This document shows, piece after piece, positions 1-9,528 of a stretch of 64,000 nt of DNA; the stretch's first letter is position 1, and each line of letters opens with the position of its first letter. This DNA comes from an uncultured Candidatus Bathyarchaeia archaeon. GTDB taxonomy: Archaea; Thermoproteota; Bathyarchaeia; Bathyarchaeales; Bathycorpusculaceae. Location: NCBI GenBank assembly GCA_964489195.1, contig CAZAXN010000027.1:346-64345 (forward strand), given 5' to 3'. The notes beneath the pieces are model-generated. The model saw only the letters and a program-made list of their open reading frames with translations, ran no database searches and was not told the DNA's origin. Made by a program: the position numbers and the translations under genes.

Positions 1-1391
1 CACAAGTGCCCAAGAGCTTCAACACATCTCTCAATTGAAGAGTACACTGGAATGTTATCTTCTTCAAGCTCAGTTGTCCATAAGTCGACTGTTTCCTTAA
101 ACCCAATTAGATGCGTCAAAATGGGTTTTTGTCTAATGTGATTTTTTATTATGTGATTTATCACATTTTTTACGTTGAAGAAGGGAATAAGTCTAGGTAC
201 AGCCACAAACAAGACCAATACGCTGTCCACGTTATCATCATTTAAAGCTGCCCCTAACGAAATTTTTATGCTCTCTTCAGGTCCCAAAGCCTCAAATAAA
301 GGTTCAATGTCCACAGGATTATGCACAACGGCCCACGAAGGCATGCCGCTTCTTATTCGATCTAGGGTTTCTTTGGACAAAGATGCAAGTTCTAAGTTTT
401 GTTTAGCACATTCATCAGCAGCCAAGACGCCGCCTGCCCCACTGACAGTTATTATTGCAACTCTTCTTCCATGGGGCAATGGTTGCAGGGCAAATGCTTT
501 AGTAATGTCTAGAACTTCTTCGAGGTCGCCGCTCACACGTATGACGCCAGCTTGCTTGCATACGGCGTCAAAAATTTCATCTTTTACAGCTAAGGAGCCT
601 GTATGCGACATGGAAGCCTTCATGCCTGCGACAGTTCTGCCTGATTTAAGCACGATTATGGGTTTCTCTTTTGCAACTTTCTTAAACACTTTGAAGAGTT
701 TTCTGCCGTCTCTTACTCCTTCCATGTAAATGGCAATCACTTGAGTGTCTTTATCCTTCGCTAAGTATTCCAGCACTTCCGCATCATCCACGTCGCACTT
801 ATTGCCGAGGCCCACTATCTTGCTTATTCCAAAAGGTTGTTTCGAAACTATCCACCAGAAAGCTGCAGCTGCAAATAATCCAGTCTGAGCAATGAAGGCT
901 ACATTGCCTTTTTTCAAGGGTGGAAGTGGCACAAAAGAAGTTGTAAAATTGTTTGCAGTGTTCAAAATCCCAGTGGTGTTTGGTCCAATCACTCGAATCC
1001 CAGCAGCTTTGGCGGTTGCTACAACCTCTGCCTCGAGCTTTTGGCCAGCCTCACCAGTTTCGCGAAAGCCAGAAGAACAAATAACCACTCCCTGGACGCG
1101 TTTTTTTGCACAATCTTTCATTACTTCTGGAACCATGTTTGCCGGAACTATTATTATTGCTAATTCAACATCATCATCTATCAAGTCAACTCTTGGATAT
1201 GAATGCAAACCTAGAACTTCATCTGCATTTGGGTTCACTGGGTAGATTTTGCCTTCATACTTTAGGTCAAGCAAGTTTTGTAGCAGCGAATTCCCAAACT
1301 TGAGAGGATTCCGTGAAGCGCCTATGACCGCCACACTTTTGGGTTCAAAGAAACACCTTAGTTGTTCACTTTTCTCAGTCTCTGAGTCCAT
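1..1391 (-). CDS. ADP-forming acetyl-CoA/acyl-CoA synthetase (NDP-forming), N-terminal part; C-terminus lies beyond the window edge
   Basis: Absent from the ORF track because there is no stop inside the window. Reverse complement from ATG 1391-1389 reads MDSETEKSEQLRCFFEPKSVAVIGASRNPLKFGNSLLQNLLDLKYEGKIYPVNP, a typical CoA-binding N-terminus. I checked the frame as open at 120-240 and at the 5' end. The + ORFs 175-729 and 892-1245 are its antisense shadows. Confidence 0.8.
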   Translation of the reverse strand, partial: MDSETEKSEQLRCFFEPKSVAVIGASRNPLKFGNSLLQNLLDLKYEGKIYPVNPNADEVLGLHSYPRVDLIDDDVELAIIIVPANMVPEVMKDCAKKRVQGVVICSSGFRETGEAGQKLEAEVVATAKAAGIRVIGPNTTGILNTANNFTTSFVPLPPLKKGNVAFIAQTGLFAAAAFWWIVSKQPFGISKIVGLGNKCDVDDAEVLEYLAKDKDTQVIAIYMEGVRDGRKLFKVFKKVAKEKPIIVLKSGRTVAGMKASMSHTGSLAVKDEIFDAVCKQAGVIRVSGDLEEVLDITKAFALQPLPHGRRVAIITVSGAGGVLAADECAKQNLELASLSKETLDRIRSGMPSWAVVHNPVDIEPLFEALGPEESIKISLGAALNDDNVDSVLVLFVAVPRLIPFFNVKNVINHIIKNHIRQKPILTHLIGFKETVDLWTTELEEDNIPVYSSIERCVEALGHL

Positions 1392-1576
1392 TTAGGTCAC
1401 TTACCACAATTAGCAAAACTTTGGGTTTTAATACGTTTCGAGGAAAACACGTTAATTCATAACAATAAAAGCATTCATTTCATTTGTTGAAAGATTTATA
1501 TGCGAAAAAATTTCAGCACTCAATCTCTCTGAGAAAATGTCTGTCCAAATCAAAAATAACATCGTGTACAAGGGGC

Positions 1577-2394
1577 TTACAATTTTCTCAAAAAATCTAA
1601 AACTATCTTGTTAAATTCCTCTGGTTTTTCTAGCATTGGATGATGCCCAACACCTTCAATTATTTTGAGACTAGAATTTGGAACTTTATCGTTCATTATT
1701 TGTGCCATTTTAACATCTATCGCAAGGTCTTGAGAACCATGGATTATTAACGTGGGAACATTTATTGCAGGAAGTTTCTCAGCCACATCATGCTCGATAA
1801 TTGCTTTCAAGGATTCTTCTACAACAAATTGTGGAGTCTTCAGAATCTCCGGCTTTGCCCAGTTTGTCAAGTCTTCACTTGTTCCAGGAGCGAAAAACGT
1901 TTGGGCAAAAAATCGTTCAGCCACCTTTTCGAAACTGAATGTTCTGATCATCTTTAAGGTTTCATTAATGGGCATAAGTCCTGTTTCGTGTAGGCCTGCA
2001 GCCGTCGTGTTAACGAGAATTAAGGCTTGCACATTGTCTGGGTATGTAAGGCAGAAAACTAACGCTGTCATTCCTCCCATCGAGTGCCCAATTATTATTG
2101 CCCTTTTAATCTTGAGTCCTATTAAGACGTGATACACATCTTCTGCAAACGTCTGTATAGAGTATCCTTTTTCGGCTTGTCGGATTCTCCATGACCTCTA
2201 AGGTCTATGGTTAAAACCATGTAATCTTTTGTGAATGCTGGAATCTGAAACTTCCAGAAATTATGATTTTCTGTCCATCCATGAAGCAAAACCAGAGCTG
2301 GCCCTTGCCCACTGACTTCATAATTGATGCTTACGCCGTTGATGTTTATTTTTGACATTGTGCCAACTCCAAAACGTTTTCGTTTTTTCAACAT
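1577..2394 (-). pseudogene. alpha/beta-fold hydrolase split by a 1-nt frameshift (or an assembly error)
   Basis: ORF 2122-2394 gives LVLLHGWTENHNFW...DLRGHGESDKPKK. Read upstream of its listed Met, ORF 1577-2137 gives GYSIQTFAEDVYHVLIGLKIKRAIIIGHSMGG (GHSMG nucleophile elbow). The two frames join at the T5 run 2168-2172 (A5 on the coding strand). Confidence 0.75.
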
Positions 2395-2762
2395 GTGACG
2401 TGAATTATGGCTCCAACAGTTTTTCCATTCTTTACAAGTTCATTGAACTTTTGAATTGCCTCTTCTGAGGCATATTCAAACAGGGTTATTCGTTTGTTTT
2501 CGATAAATCTTCTTGCATCTTCGGTGATTCTTGCAACATCATCAGTGCCTCTGCCAATAACCAACGCGTCCATTTCATGTCTACAAAGTTCTTCAAACTC
2601 TTTCAACTTGAATGCGTGAGTGCCAAACATCAGAAAACCACCCTTTCGCCTTTTAACGGTGCCGTCTGGAAAAATAACAATATCATGTCTATGTTTTCTT
2701 CCATTAACTATAATCCAGCCAAAATCCATTTTATCTATGCTAACCATAACATCACAATACAT
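2388..2762 (-). CDS. Mth938-like (DUF498) domain protein
   Basis: 124 aa. IDKMDFGWIIVNGRKHRHDIVIFPDGTV...ALVIGRGTDD resembles the Mth938/NDUFAF3-like fold family. Family recalled from memory. Confidence 0.5.
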   Translation of the reverse strand: MYCDVMVSIDKMDFGWIIVNGRKHRHDIVIFPDGTVKRRKGGFLMFGTHAFKLKEFEELCRHEMDALVIGRGTDDVARITEDARRFIENKRITLFEYASEEAIQKFNELVKNGKTVGAIIHVTC

Positions 2763-2773
2763 AGTTCGCCATT

Positions 2774-3757
2774 TTATAATTTAGAGTTTACGTTACGTAC
2801 ATAGCATCTTTCATCTTGCCTCACGTAGCTAGAAGGCTTATGCCTCATCCCAAGAATAGACTCGACAAGGTTTTTTCTTGACCATTCGTGTTCGCTCAAT
2901 TCTTCCATTAAAAATACTTTTTTTGGTGCATCTGAAAAAATCTTTTTCACTATTTGATCAGTATTTAACCCCTTACGCCAGAGCGCATAAATTTTTTCCT
3001 TCAGCCTCAAAATGTTGTCCAATGTGATCTTTATATCATTTTTATCCCAAATCCCATGGCCGCCATATGCCGTCTCAAAATCTAAGTTCATAATTCTATT
3101 GAGTGAATCTATCAGGTCTATGTAGTCTTCCTCTTTCATTATTATCACTGGTGCCAAATTCGCCACTAAATCGCCTACAAAGATGATGTCCCTAACTAAA
3201 AAGGACACGTGGTCAAAGCTGTGACCTAGAGTTTCAATAATTGTAAAAGTTAAATTGTTGAATCGCATTGTACTTTCAAGTGGAACAGCATCCAACGGTT
3301 TCGGTTGTCCCCAGACAAACTGCCTGTACGGGGGAATTTCTGGTGGATTTGCAAGAACATTGAGGGATTTCTTTGGCGCAAAAACAGTAGCGTGAAATCT
3401 TTCTTTGAAGAGGTAGGCACCTCCGCTGTGGTCTTCGTGGTGGTGAGTCAAAAGAACCGCCTTGACGTTTAGCTTCATAGTTTCTAAGAAATTTGCAGAT
3501 TCTTCGGCAGTGTGTGGGCAGCCAGTATCTATGACAAGTCCTTTATAATAATAGAAGGTTGTCCAATAATAGGGTTTTTCGTTGTATTCTTTGCCAACAT
3601 CTATTGATATGAAGTCTTCAGCAATTTGCTTCCATTTAAGCATAGTGCACACGGCAAATATAATGCAATTTAAACTGAACAAAAATGTTATGGTTCGCCA
3701 ACAAATCTGGCAAGTTATGTTAAGCTTCTGGGAAAAACCTTTTTCTATTATAACCAT
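2774..3757 (-). CDS. MBL-fold metallo-hydrolase
   Basis: Metal motif HHHEDHSGG, later LGHSFDH. The first 38 codons look like a spurious extension; the likely start is Met39 at 3643 (MLKWKQIAEDF). Confidence 0.8.
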   Translation of the reverse strand: MVIIEKGFSQKLNITCQICWRTITFLFSLNCIIFAVCTMLKWKQIAEDFISIDVGKEYNEKPYYWTTFYYYKGLVIDTGCPHTAEESANFLETMKLNVKAVLLTHHHEDHSGGAYLFKERFHATVFAPKKSLNVLANPPEIPPYRQFVWGQPKPLDAVPLESTMRFNNLTFTIIETLGHSFDHVSFLVRDIIFVGDLVANLAPVIIMKEEDYIDLIDSLNRIMNLDFETAYGGHGIWDKNDIKITLDNILRLKEKIYALWRKGLNTDQIVKKIFSDAPKKVFLMEELSEHEWSRKNLVESILGMRHKPSSYVRQDERCYVRNVNSKL

Positions 3758-3778
3758 TGTGCGTATGTAATCAAGTTT

Positions 3779-5230
3779 TTATAGTATTGGCGTAAGTTTT
3801 ATTCTGCATCCTCTTGAAGGATCAGGCTCTATTACGTAAATAATGGTTTTAGGCTTCTTTCCCAAGAGGATCATGCTTCCATTTTTCTCCTCTATTTTGA
3901 AATGCATGTTTAAAGTGTCGGCGAAAACCTTTGTCACTTTAGGAATGCTGGGTATAGATATGTAAATCATTAAGTCTTTTCCCAACTTGTTGGCGATAAC
4001 TGAACGGCCAACCACACTCGCATTGAACCTTTGTGTGATATATATGAGGTAGTCACCACTCAAAACATGAATCAAGTTTTTGCCGATCTTATTTGCCAAG
4101 TCTACGGCTGCTTCAATGTAACGATTGAAATTTTCTATGGCATCAATATCTTTCACGGTTGGATCTTGCCAAGCTACAATGTACGGTTTGTTCATGTCTA
4201 TTAATGGATTAGGAAAAACCAATACTCGGGCAAATTCATCGAATTTTTCTTCGCCTGTAAAGGAAGAAATCATTTTTCGCACATCTTCTGGACCATACCC
4301 AATTATCGGAACTGTAATAAACCCCCTGTTTCTCAATATGAAATTTGCAATTGTTGGGTTGATAATAGCGTCTAAGGCGTCAACTGGAACATTTTCACCC
4401 AGCTCGAATAAGACTGAGCAACCTCTAGGGTATCCTTCCCCACCTAAAATTTCGTCGAGCTCTGGAATTCCACTTGGATAATGCGTTTTGGTGGCTCTTG
4501 TCGGTTCAAATTTCGGAGGGTTCTCCACTTCTTTAGGGATGAATGAAGGAAAAACTTTGAAACCATTGTTCAGCGTGAACAGGAATTTTTGGCGTTCAAG
4601 TCTGGTTCCTCGAAGCTTCTTTATCTCGATTTCTCTGAGCAGTCTGCCTTCATAATCATCTTTTTTTAGGACAATGACTCCATCAGAAACAAACTCTTCA
4701 ATACTTATGCCTATTTTCTTACCTCCGATTGGGACTTCTACAATTAGTATTGTGGTGCATTCTAACTGCCTAACAAGCTTGCCTAGAACATTATGAAGAA
4801 TGCTTCTTGCTTCGATTGGTTCCTTAAAAGCTTGAGCCATAGCACTGAAAGAGTCGATAACCAATCTCTTGGCGTTTAGCGCCGCAACTTCTCCAAGAAT
4901 CATTTCAAGCACGGTTGGAAGGCCTTTTTCAGTTACAGTGGTAAAATCCAAAATTTTGACTTTCCCATGAACTTTGTCTCTTAAATCACGCCCAAAAAGC
5001 TTGGACATATTGTGAATTATTGTATCTTCACTTTCTGCAAAAGAAACATAAATTCCGTTTTCACCATAATCTTCCGCTCCCTTATACAAAAACTGCATAG
5101 TAAAAACGGTTTTCCCTGTCCCAGGGTTACCAGCTAAAAGAACTAAACTTCCCTTTGGAAAACCACCCTCAATCAATTGGTCTAAACCATCAATTCCAGT
5201 GTGAACCCTAGATTCATCCATACACAACAC
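3779..5230 (-). CDS. KaiC-like double RecA-domain ATPase, second domain degenerate
   Basis: The N-domain has Walker A GNPGTGKT and Walker B-like RLVIDS. The second KaiC-like repeat (IPELDEILGGEGYPRGCSVLFELGENVP) has no GxxxxGK[ST]. Confidence 0.75.
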   Translation of the reverse strand: MLCMDESRVHTGIDGLDQLIEGGFPKGSLVLLAGNPGTGKTVFTMQFLYKGAEDYGENGIYVSFAESEDTIIHNMSKLFGRDLRDKVHGKVKILDFTTVTEKGLPTVLEMILGEVAALNAKRLVIDSFSAMAQAFKEPIEARSILHNVLGKLVRQLECTTILIVEVPIGGKKIGISIEEFVSDGVIVLKKDDYEGRLLREIEIKKLRGTRLERQKFLFTLNNGFKVFPSFIPKEVENPPKFEPTRATKTHYPSGIPELDEILGGEGYPRGCSVLFELGENVPVDALDAIINPTIANFILRNRGFITVPIIGYGPEDVRKMISSFTGEEKFDEFARVLVFPNPLIDMNKPYIVAWQDPTVKDIDAIENFNRYIEAAVDLANKIGKNLIHVLSGDYLIYITQRFNASVVGRSVIANKLGKDLMIYISIPSIPKVTKVFADTLNMHFKIEEKNGSMILLGKKPKTIIYVIEPDPSRGCRIKLTPIL

Positions 5231-5355
5231 GAATTCTAATGCTTTCTGCTTAATCTTTAGGTTTATGAATTATCACTAAAAATTATGTATCTAAATTACC
5301 CGTGTATCAGAACAAAAAAGGAATAGTTGTAAATTATAACGTAAGTCTGTGAAAT

Positions 5356-6558
5356 TTAGTTTTCTTTTTCGATGACGGTTGCTACTCCTTGTCCTCCGCC
5401 TATGCATGCTGTGGCCAATCCGTATCGTGCACCTTTAGTTTCAAGTATCCTCGCCACTGTTCCAACAAGCCTTGCACCAGTAGCGCCCAATGGATGACCG
5501 ATGGCTATGGCTCCGCCTTTCAAATTAACCTTCTCAGGGTCTATTCCAAGCTCTTTAATACACCACAGGGTCACAATTGCAAATGCTTCATTAATCTCCC
5601 AAACATCAATGTCGTTAACTTCCAGTCCTGCCTTCTTAAGTGCGATTTTGCTTGCAGGAACAGGCCCTTTACCCATTACTGCTGGGGGAACGGCAGCCCA
5701 TCCCATGGACTTGATTGCTCCCAGCGGAATTAACCCAAGAGATTTTGCTTTCTCTTCGGAAGCCAACATCAAACAGGATGCACCAGCATTTAATGGAGAC
5801 GAGTTCCCAGCGGTTATCACACCTCCAGGCTTAAAGGCTGGTGGAAGACTTTGAATTTTTTCTAAAGTTGTATCAGCTCGCACACTTAAGTCCCTGTCAA
5901 TAGTTTCTGTGGTTCCATCCGGATTTGTTACGGTTATGGGCATTATTTCACCCTTGAAAAATTCTTCTTGCTGGGCCTTTGCCGCCATCTGATGACTTCT
6001 CAAAGACCATTTATCTAAATCTTCTTTGGTAAGACCATGCTTTGCTGCTCCTTCTTGGAACAATTTTTCTGCGGTTAACCCCATGAAAAAGCCCGTTTCC
6101 ATCTCATACATTTTGTATTCCTCGTTTTCAATGAGAGTCATTGGTGGATCAACATGTGGATTATCACCCATAGGAACATGAGTCATATGTTCCATTCCAC
6201 AAGCAATCACAAGATCTGAATTTCCAGTCATGATTTCCATAGCACCAAAATGAGCTGCAGTCATCGAAGATCCGCATTGTCTATCAACAAATGTTGCTGG
6301 AACCTCCACTGGAAGTTTTGACAGCATAACTATTGATCTGCCCCCATAAGTCCACTGTTCCCACACGCCTAACGCACATGCTGCAATAACTTCGTTTATT
6401 TCAGAAGGATTAACGCCTGTTCTATCAATAATTTTCCTAACGAGCATAGCAGCTACATGATCCATTCTTAATGGATTAAATTTGTCCTTCTCAGGTTCTT
6501 GCGGTCTGGATCTGGAAAACGGAGATCGCAAATAGTCAACTATGACTACCTTTCTCAT
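5356..6558 (-). CDS. 3-ketoacyl-CoA thiolase / acetyl-CoA C-acyltransferase (bacterial FadA/AtoB type)
   Basis: Thiolase motifs VDRQCGSSM (nucleophile Cys), NEAFA, GHPLGATGARL and C-terminal CIGGGQG. Confidence 0.9.
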   Translation of the reverse strand: MRKVVIVDYLRSPFSRSRPQEPEKDKFNPLRMDHVAAMLVRKIIDRTGVNPSEINEVIAACALGVWEQWTYGGRSIVMLSKLPVEVPATFVDRQCGSSMTAAHFGAMEIMTGNSDLVIACGMEHMTHVPMGDNPHVDPPMTLIENEEYKMYEMETGFFMGLTAEKLFQEGAAKHGLTKEDLDKWSLRSHQMAAKAQQEEFFKGEIMPITVTNPDGTTETIDRDLSVRADTTLEKIQSLPPAFKPGGVITAGNSSPLNAGASCLMLASEEKAKSLGLIPLGAIKSMGWAAVPPAVMGKGPVPASKIALKKAGLEVNDIDVWEINEAFAIVTLWCIKELGIDPEKVNLKGGAIAIGHPLGATGARLVGTVARILETKGARYGLATACIGGGQGVATVIEKEN

Positions 6559-6764
6559 TAAATTCCTCCTTTGACAACATTAGAAGTATAGAATTTACAC
6601 TAGTGAAATATTTTAAACTTTCCACCAGAATTGGATATTAACATACGTATTTTAATCCGAAAGAACTAATACCATTATTTTCTGTTTTTCTATCTGAATT
6701 ATTTCCAAAGTTAAAGAAAAAACTTAAATTTTTTGCCACGCACTCTAATGGAGAGGTATTTAAA

Positions 6765-7109
6765 ATGGGAAGAGTAAAAGATGGTTACAAAGAACTAACG
6801 AACAGAGCTAACAATGTTGCAGAAGCAAAAGGTCTCATGACTGGATGGAACAAAGTCGTACAGTTCATAGTTGAGGGGGAAGGAGACTTTTTCATTAAAT
6901 TCGAAAATGGCACAGCTACGTTTCATGAAGGAAAACATGAAAAACCTGATGTGACATTGAAAGGACCAGAAGAAGTTTTCCATAAAATGCTAACACGGGA
7001 ACTAGATCAGACAAGAGCATACTTTGCTAAGCAATACACCATTGAAGGTTCTATGGCTGACGCAATGAAATTTGGACGCATAGGAACTGCTGTGGCTAAA
7101 GCAACTTAG
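6765..7109 (+). CDS. stand-alone SCP2 (sterol/lipid carrier) domain protein
   Basis: 114 aa. VQFIVEGEGDFFIKFENGTATFHEGKHEKPDVTLKGPEEVFHKMLTRELDQTRAYFAKQYTIEGSMADAMKF matches the SCP2 layout. GGAGAGG lies 8 nt upstream of the ATG. Confidence 0.65.
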   Translation: MGRVKDGYKELTNRANNVAEAKGLMTGWNKVVQFIVEGEGDFFIKFENGTATFHEGKHEKPDVTLKGPEEVFHKMLTRELDQTRAYFAKQYTIEGSMADAMKFGRIGTAVAKAT

Positions 7110-7130
7110 AAATTATTATTAAAATCACCC

Positions 7131-7150
7131 TTTTCCTTTTTTTAAAAAAA
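7131..7150. terminator. T-run/A-run between convergent genes (putative bidirectional oligo-T terminator)
   Basis: ttttccttttttt followed by aaaaaaa lies between the SCP2 stop (7109) and the stop of the convergent membrane gene (7208). Archaeal termination commonly uses oligo-T tracts. Confidence 0.35.
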
Positions 7151-7207
7151 TAATTGACTAGAATTTTGACCAAACATGATCAGCCTTATTATTGGTTGTT
7201 TAAGCCT

Positions 7208-7684
7208 TTATTCGCCTCTCAAAAGCCACACGAATATGGTAACAAGCCAACAATAACCAAACACAATTGCTGCTATACCTGCAGCTAAACTATAACCTGC
7301 TCCGATGAGGACGGCTGGAATGTTAAGAGAGAGAAATCCTAAAATTACAGAAAAGATGATCAACCGCGGCAGTTTAAGGCTTGTATAAACTATTGCTATT
7401 CCCTCAAGCAGTAATAGTAAGCCCACAAAGCTTGTGATTACGCTACCTAGAGATGCAGAGAAGCTTATCACTCCACTCACTGCAAAAGTTATGCCTGTTC
7501 CACTTGCAAGCCCATATAATCCAATTGCACTAATAACTACGCCCAAAAGTATAGTCACTGTTCCCACAAATTGCACCAGTATTTCATATAATCTTCGAGA
7601 AGCTTCCACAGAACCTAGTAATTTAATGATAAATTTGTTTCTTAATGCTGAAACGAGTTTTCCAATTCCTTTTTGTAGCGCCAT
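7208..7684 (-). CDS. hypothetical integral membrane protein (about 4 TM helices)
   Basis: 158 aa with four long hydrophobic Gly/Ala/Ile/Leu-rich segments. No recognisable family. Confidence 0.5.
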   Translation of the reverse strand: MALQKGIGKLVSALRNKFIIKLLGSVEASRRLYEILVQFVGTVTILLGVVISAIGLYGLASGTGITFAVSGVISFSASLGSVITSFVGLLLLLEGIAIVYTSLKLPRLIIFSVILGFLSLNIPAVLIGAGYSLAAGIAAIVFGYCWLVTIFVWLLRGE

Positions 7685-7760
7685 TTTTCATCAACCTAAC
7701 ATTAGACCGAGAAAATTAAAATGTTTTGTGTATGACAGAGCTCCCTTGGATTCATATTGA

Positions 7761-9485
7761 TTACTTTGAGAGTCTAAAGATTTCTTCTCGAAGCCTCTTA
7801 TGATCCACTTTTCCAACGTCTGTCTTTGGTACTTCGCCTCTGAATTCTATCATTTTAGGAACCTTGTAGTGGGCAAGCCTTTCTTCGCACCATTTGGTGA
7901 TTTCTTCTTCAGTTATTTTTCCCCGGTAATCGGTTTCCGGAACAATTATTGCTTTTATTCTTTGACCAACTTCAGGGTCTGGTACCCCGATTACTGCAGC
8001 TTCTTTTACTTTAGGATGCTTGTAAAGCACTTCCTCTATTTCGTGTGAATAAACTGACAGCCCCTTGTATTTTATCAAGTCTTTTTTTCGTTCTACAAAA
8101 TAGAAGTATCCTTCTTCGTCCATTCTTACTATGTCTCCAGTTCTAAACCATCTCATGCCTTGATATTCAAAGAAGCATTTTGCATTTTCTTCAGGCTTGT
8201 TTAGGTATTCTCTCATTATCTGAGGCCCACTCAACACTAGCTCGCCAGTTTCCCCTGGAGTAAGGAATTCGTTTTTCTCCTCGTCAGCAACAGCAGCATA
8301 CGTGCCTGGTAGTGGAATGCCGAAAGAGCCTGGTTTGTTTCTCTCTGGTGGGTTTGCATGAGATACGGCTGTGGTTTCTGTAAGACCATATCCTTCATTA
8401 ATTTGCCGTCCGGTGATTCTCGTCCAGTTCTTGCGTGTGGCTTCATGTAAAGTATCTGCTCCGCAGAAGAGATACTTAATTTTTTTCCAGTTTATTCGCT
8501 TTGTTTTGGGTTCGTCAACCAGATACTTGTATAGTGTTGGAACACCATAAAATAGTGTCACGCTGTGATCTTGGATAGCATCTAGAATTTCATTCAACTC
8601 GGGTTTTGCAAATAGAATGCCTGTTCCGCCGCGAAATGCTCCAGTGAGCATTATTACTGATTGCCCATATATGTGGTAAAAGGGAAGCGCAGCTATAGCG
8701 CATTCTTTTCCATCCTCTATTTTCGTGAACAGTTGCCTCATTTGTTCTTGAAGCGCTACGATGTTTCTATGAGTTAATACCGCCCCTTTAGGATCGCCAG
8801 TTGTTCCTCCCGTATAAGGAAGCGCAGCTAAATCGTCTGGAGATAATTGCACCTTGGGCGGGTTTGGAGGATATTTCTCAAGCAGCTCTCTGAAAGACAG
8901 CAAACCTTGCTGTTGTTGAATTTCTTCTTTTAACGGTTTTCCCCGAAGCCTAGCCATAAAACCTTCGCTGCCCGGCAAGTAATCGGATATGCTTGTTATG
9001 ATAACATAGTTTAGTTTGGCTTCTTCTAAAGCCTTCTCTACTTTTTCGTAATGTAGATCAAGGCAAACGATTGCTTTAGCATTGCTGTCTCGAAGCTGAT
9101 AAGCGATCTCGCGTGGTGTATAAAGTGGGCTCACAGTCGTAACTGTGGCGCCCAATCTTAGAATGCCATAATATGCTATGGGAAACTGGGGACAATTGGG
9201 CAAGTATATGGCCACTACGTCTCCTTTTCGTATGCCTAGATCATACAATGCTGCTGCAAATCTAAGAGATGCTTCTCTTATTTCGTTATGTTTGATTTTT
9301 CTTCCATAGAATATTAGGGCGATTTTGTCTCCCCATTTTTTAGCGTTTTCATCTATTACGTCTATGATGTTTGTTTCAGGAACTTTAACGTCTGGTGATA
9401 CGCCGTTCTCATACCATTTTATCCATGGTCTTTTGAGGTATTCATCTAACGCTTGATCAGATTTTGATTTTACCATAGACACCAA
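7761..9485 (-). CDS. AMP-forming long/medium-chain acyl-CoA ligase
   Basis: AMP-binding motifs YTGGTTGDPKGAVLTH, GYGLTET and TGDIVRMDEEGYFYFVERKKDLIKYKG. Confidence 0.9.
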   Translation of the reverse strand: MVSMVKSKSDQALDEYLKRPWIKWYENGVSPDVKVPETNIIDVIDENAKKWGDKIALIFYGRKIKHNEIREASLRFAAALYDLGIRKGDVVAIYLPNCPQFPIAYYGILRLGATVTTVSPLYTPREIAYQLRDSNAKAIVCLDLHYEKVEKALEEAKLNYVIITSISDYLPGSEGFMARLRGKPLKEEIQQQQGLLSFRELLEKYPPNPPKVQLSPDDLAALPYTGGTTGDPKGAVLTHRNIVALQEQMRQLFTKIEDGKECAIAALPFYHIYGQSVIMLTGAFRGGTGILFAKPELNEILDAIQDHSVTLFYGVPTLYKYLVDEPKTKRINWKKIKYLFCGADTLHEATRKNWTRITGRQINEGYGLTETTAVSHANPPERNKPGSFGIPLPGTYAAVADEEKNEFLTPGETGELVLSGPQIMREYLNKPEENAKCFFEYQGMRWFRTGDIVRMDEEGYFYFVERKKDLIKYKGLSVYSHEIEEVLYKHPKVKEAAVIGVPDPEVGQRIKAIIVPETDYRGKITEEEITKWCEERLAHYKVPKMIEFRGEVPKTDVGKVDHKRLREEIFRLSK

Positions 9486-9528
9486 CGCCTTAAGCTTTTC
9501 AGATGTAATCTTTTAAAAATGATACGTT

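Noticed and set aside
134-165. TAATGTGAT and the palindrome ATGTGATTTATCACAT. They resemble the palindrome ATGTGATCATCACAT at 23964-23978, so I considered a shared operator.
   Set aside because: The first site lies inside the synthetase coding frame, where it encodes NVINHIIKNHI. I saw no further copies upstream of other island operons. Short AT-rich palindromes of this size are expected by chance.
175-1245. Plus-strand ORFs 175-729 and 892-1245.
   Set aside because: Both are Ser/Thr/Ala/Leu-rich with no motifs. They lie exactly antisense to a well-supported minus-strand acyl-CoA synthetase frame that is missing from the ORF track only because it runs off the window.
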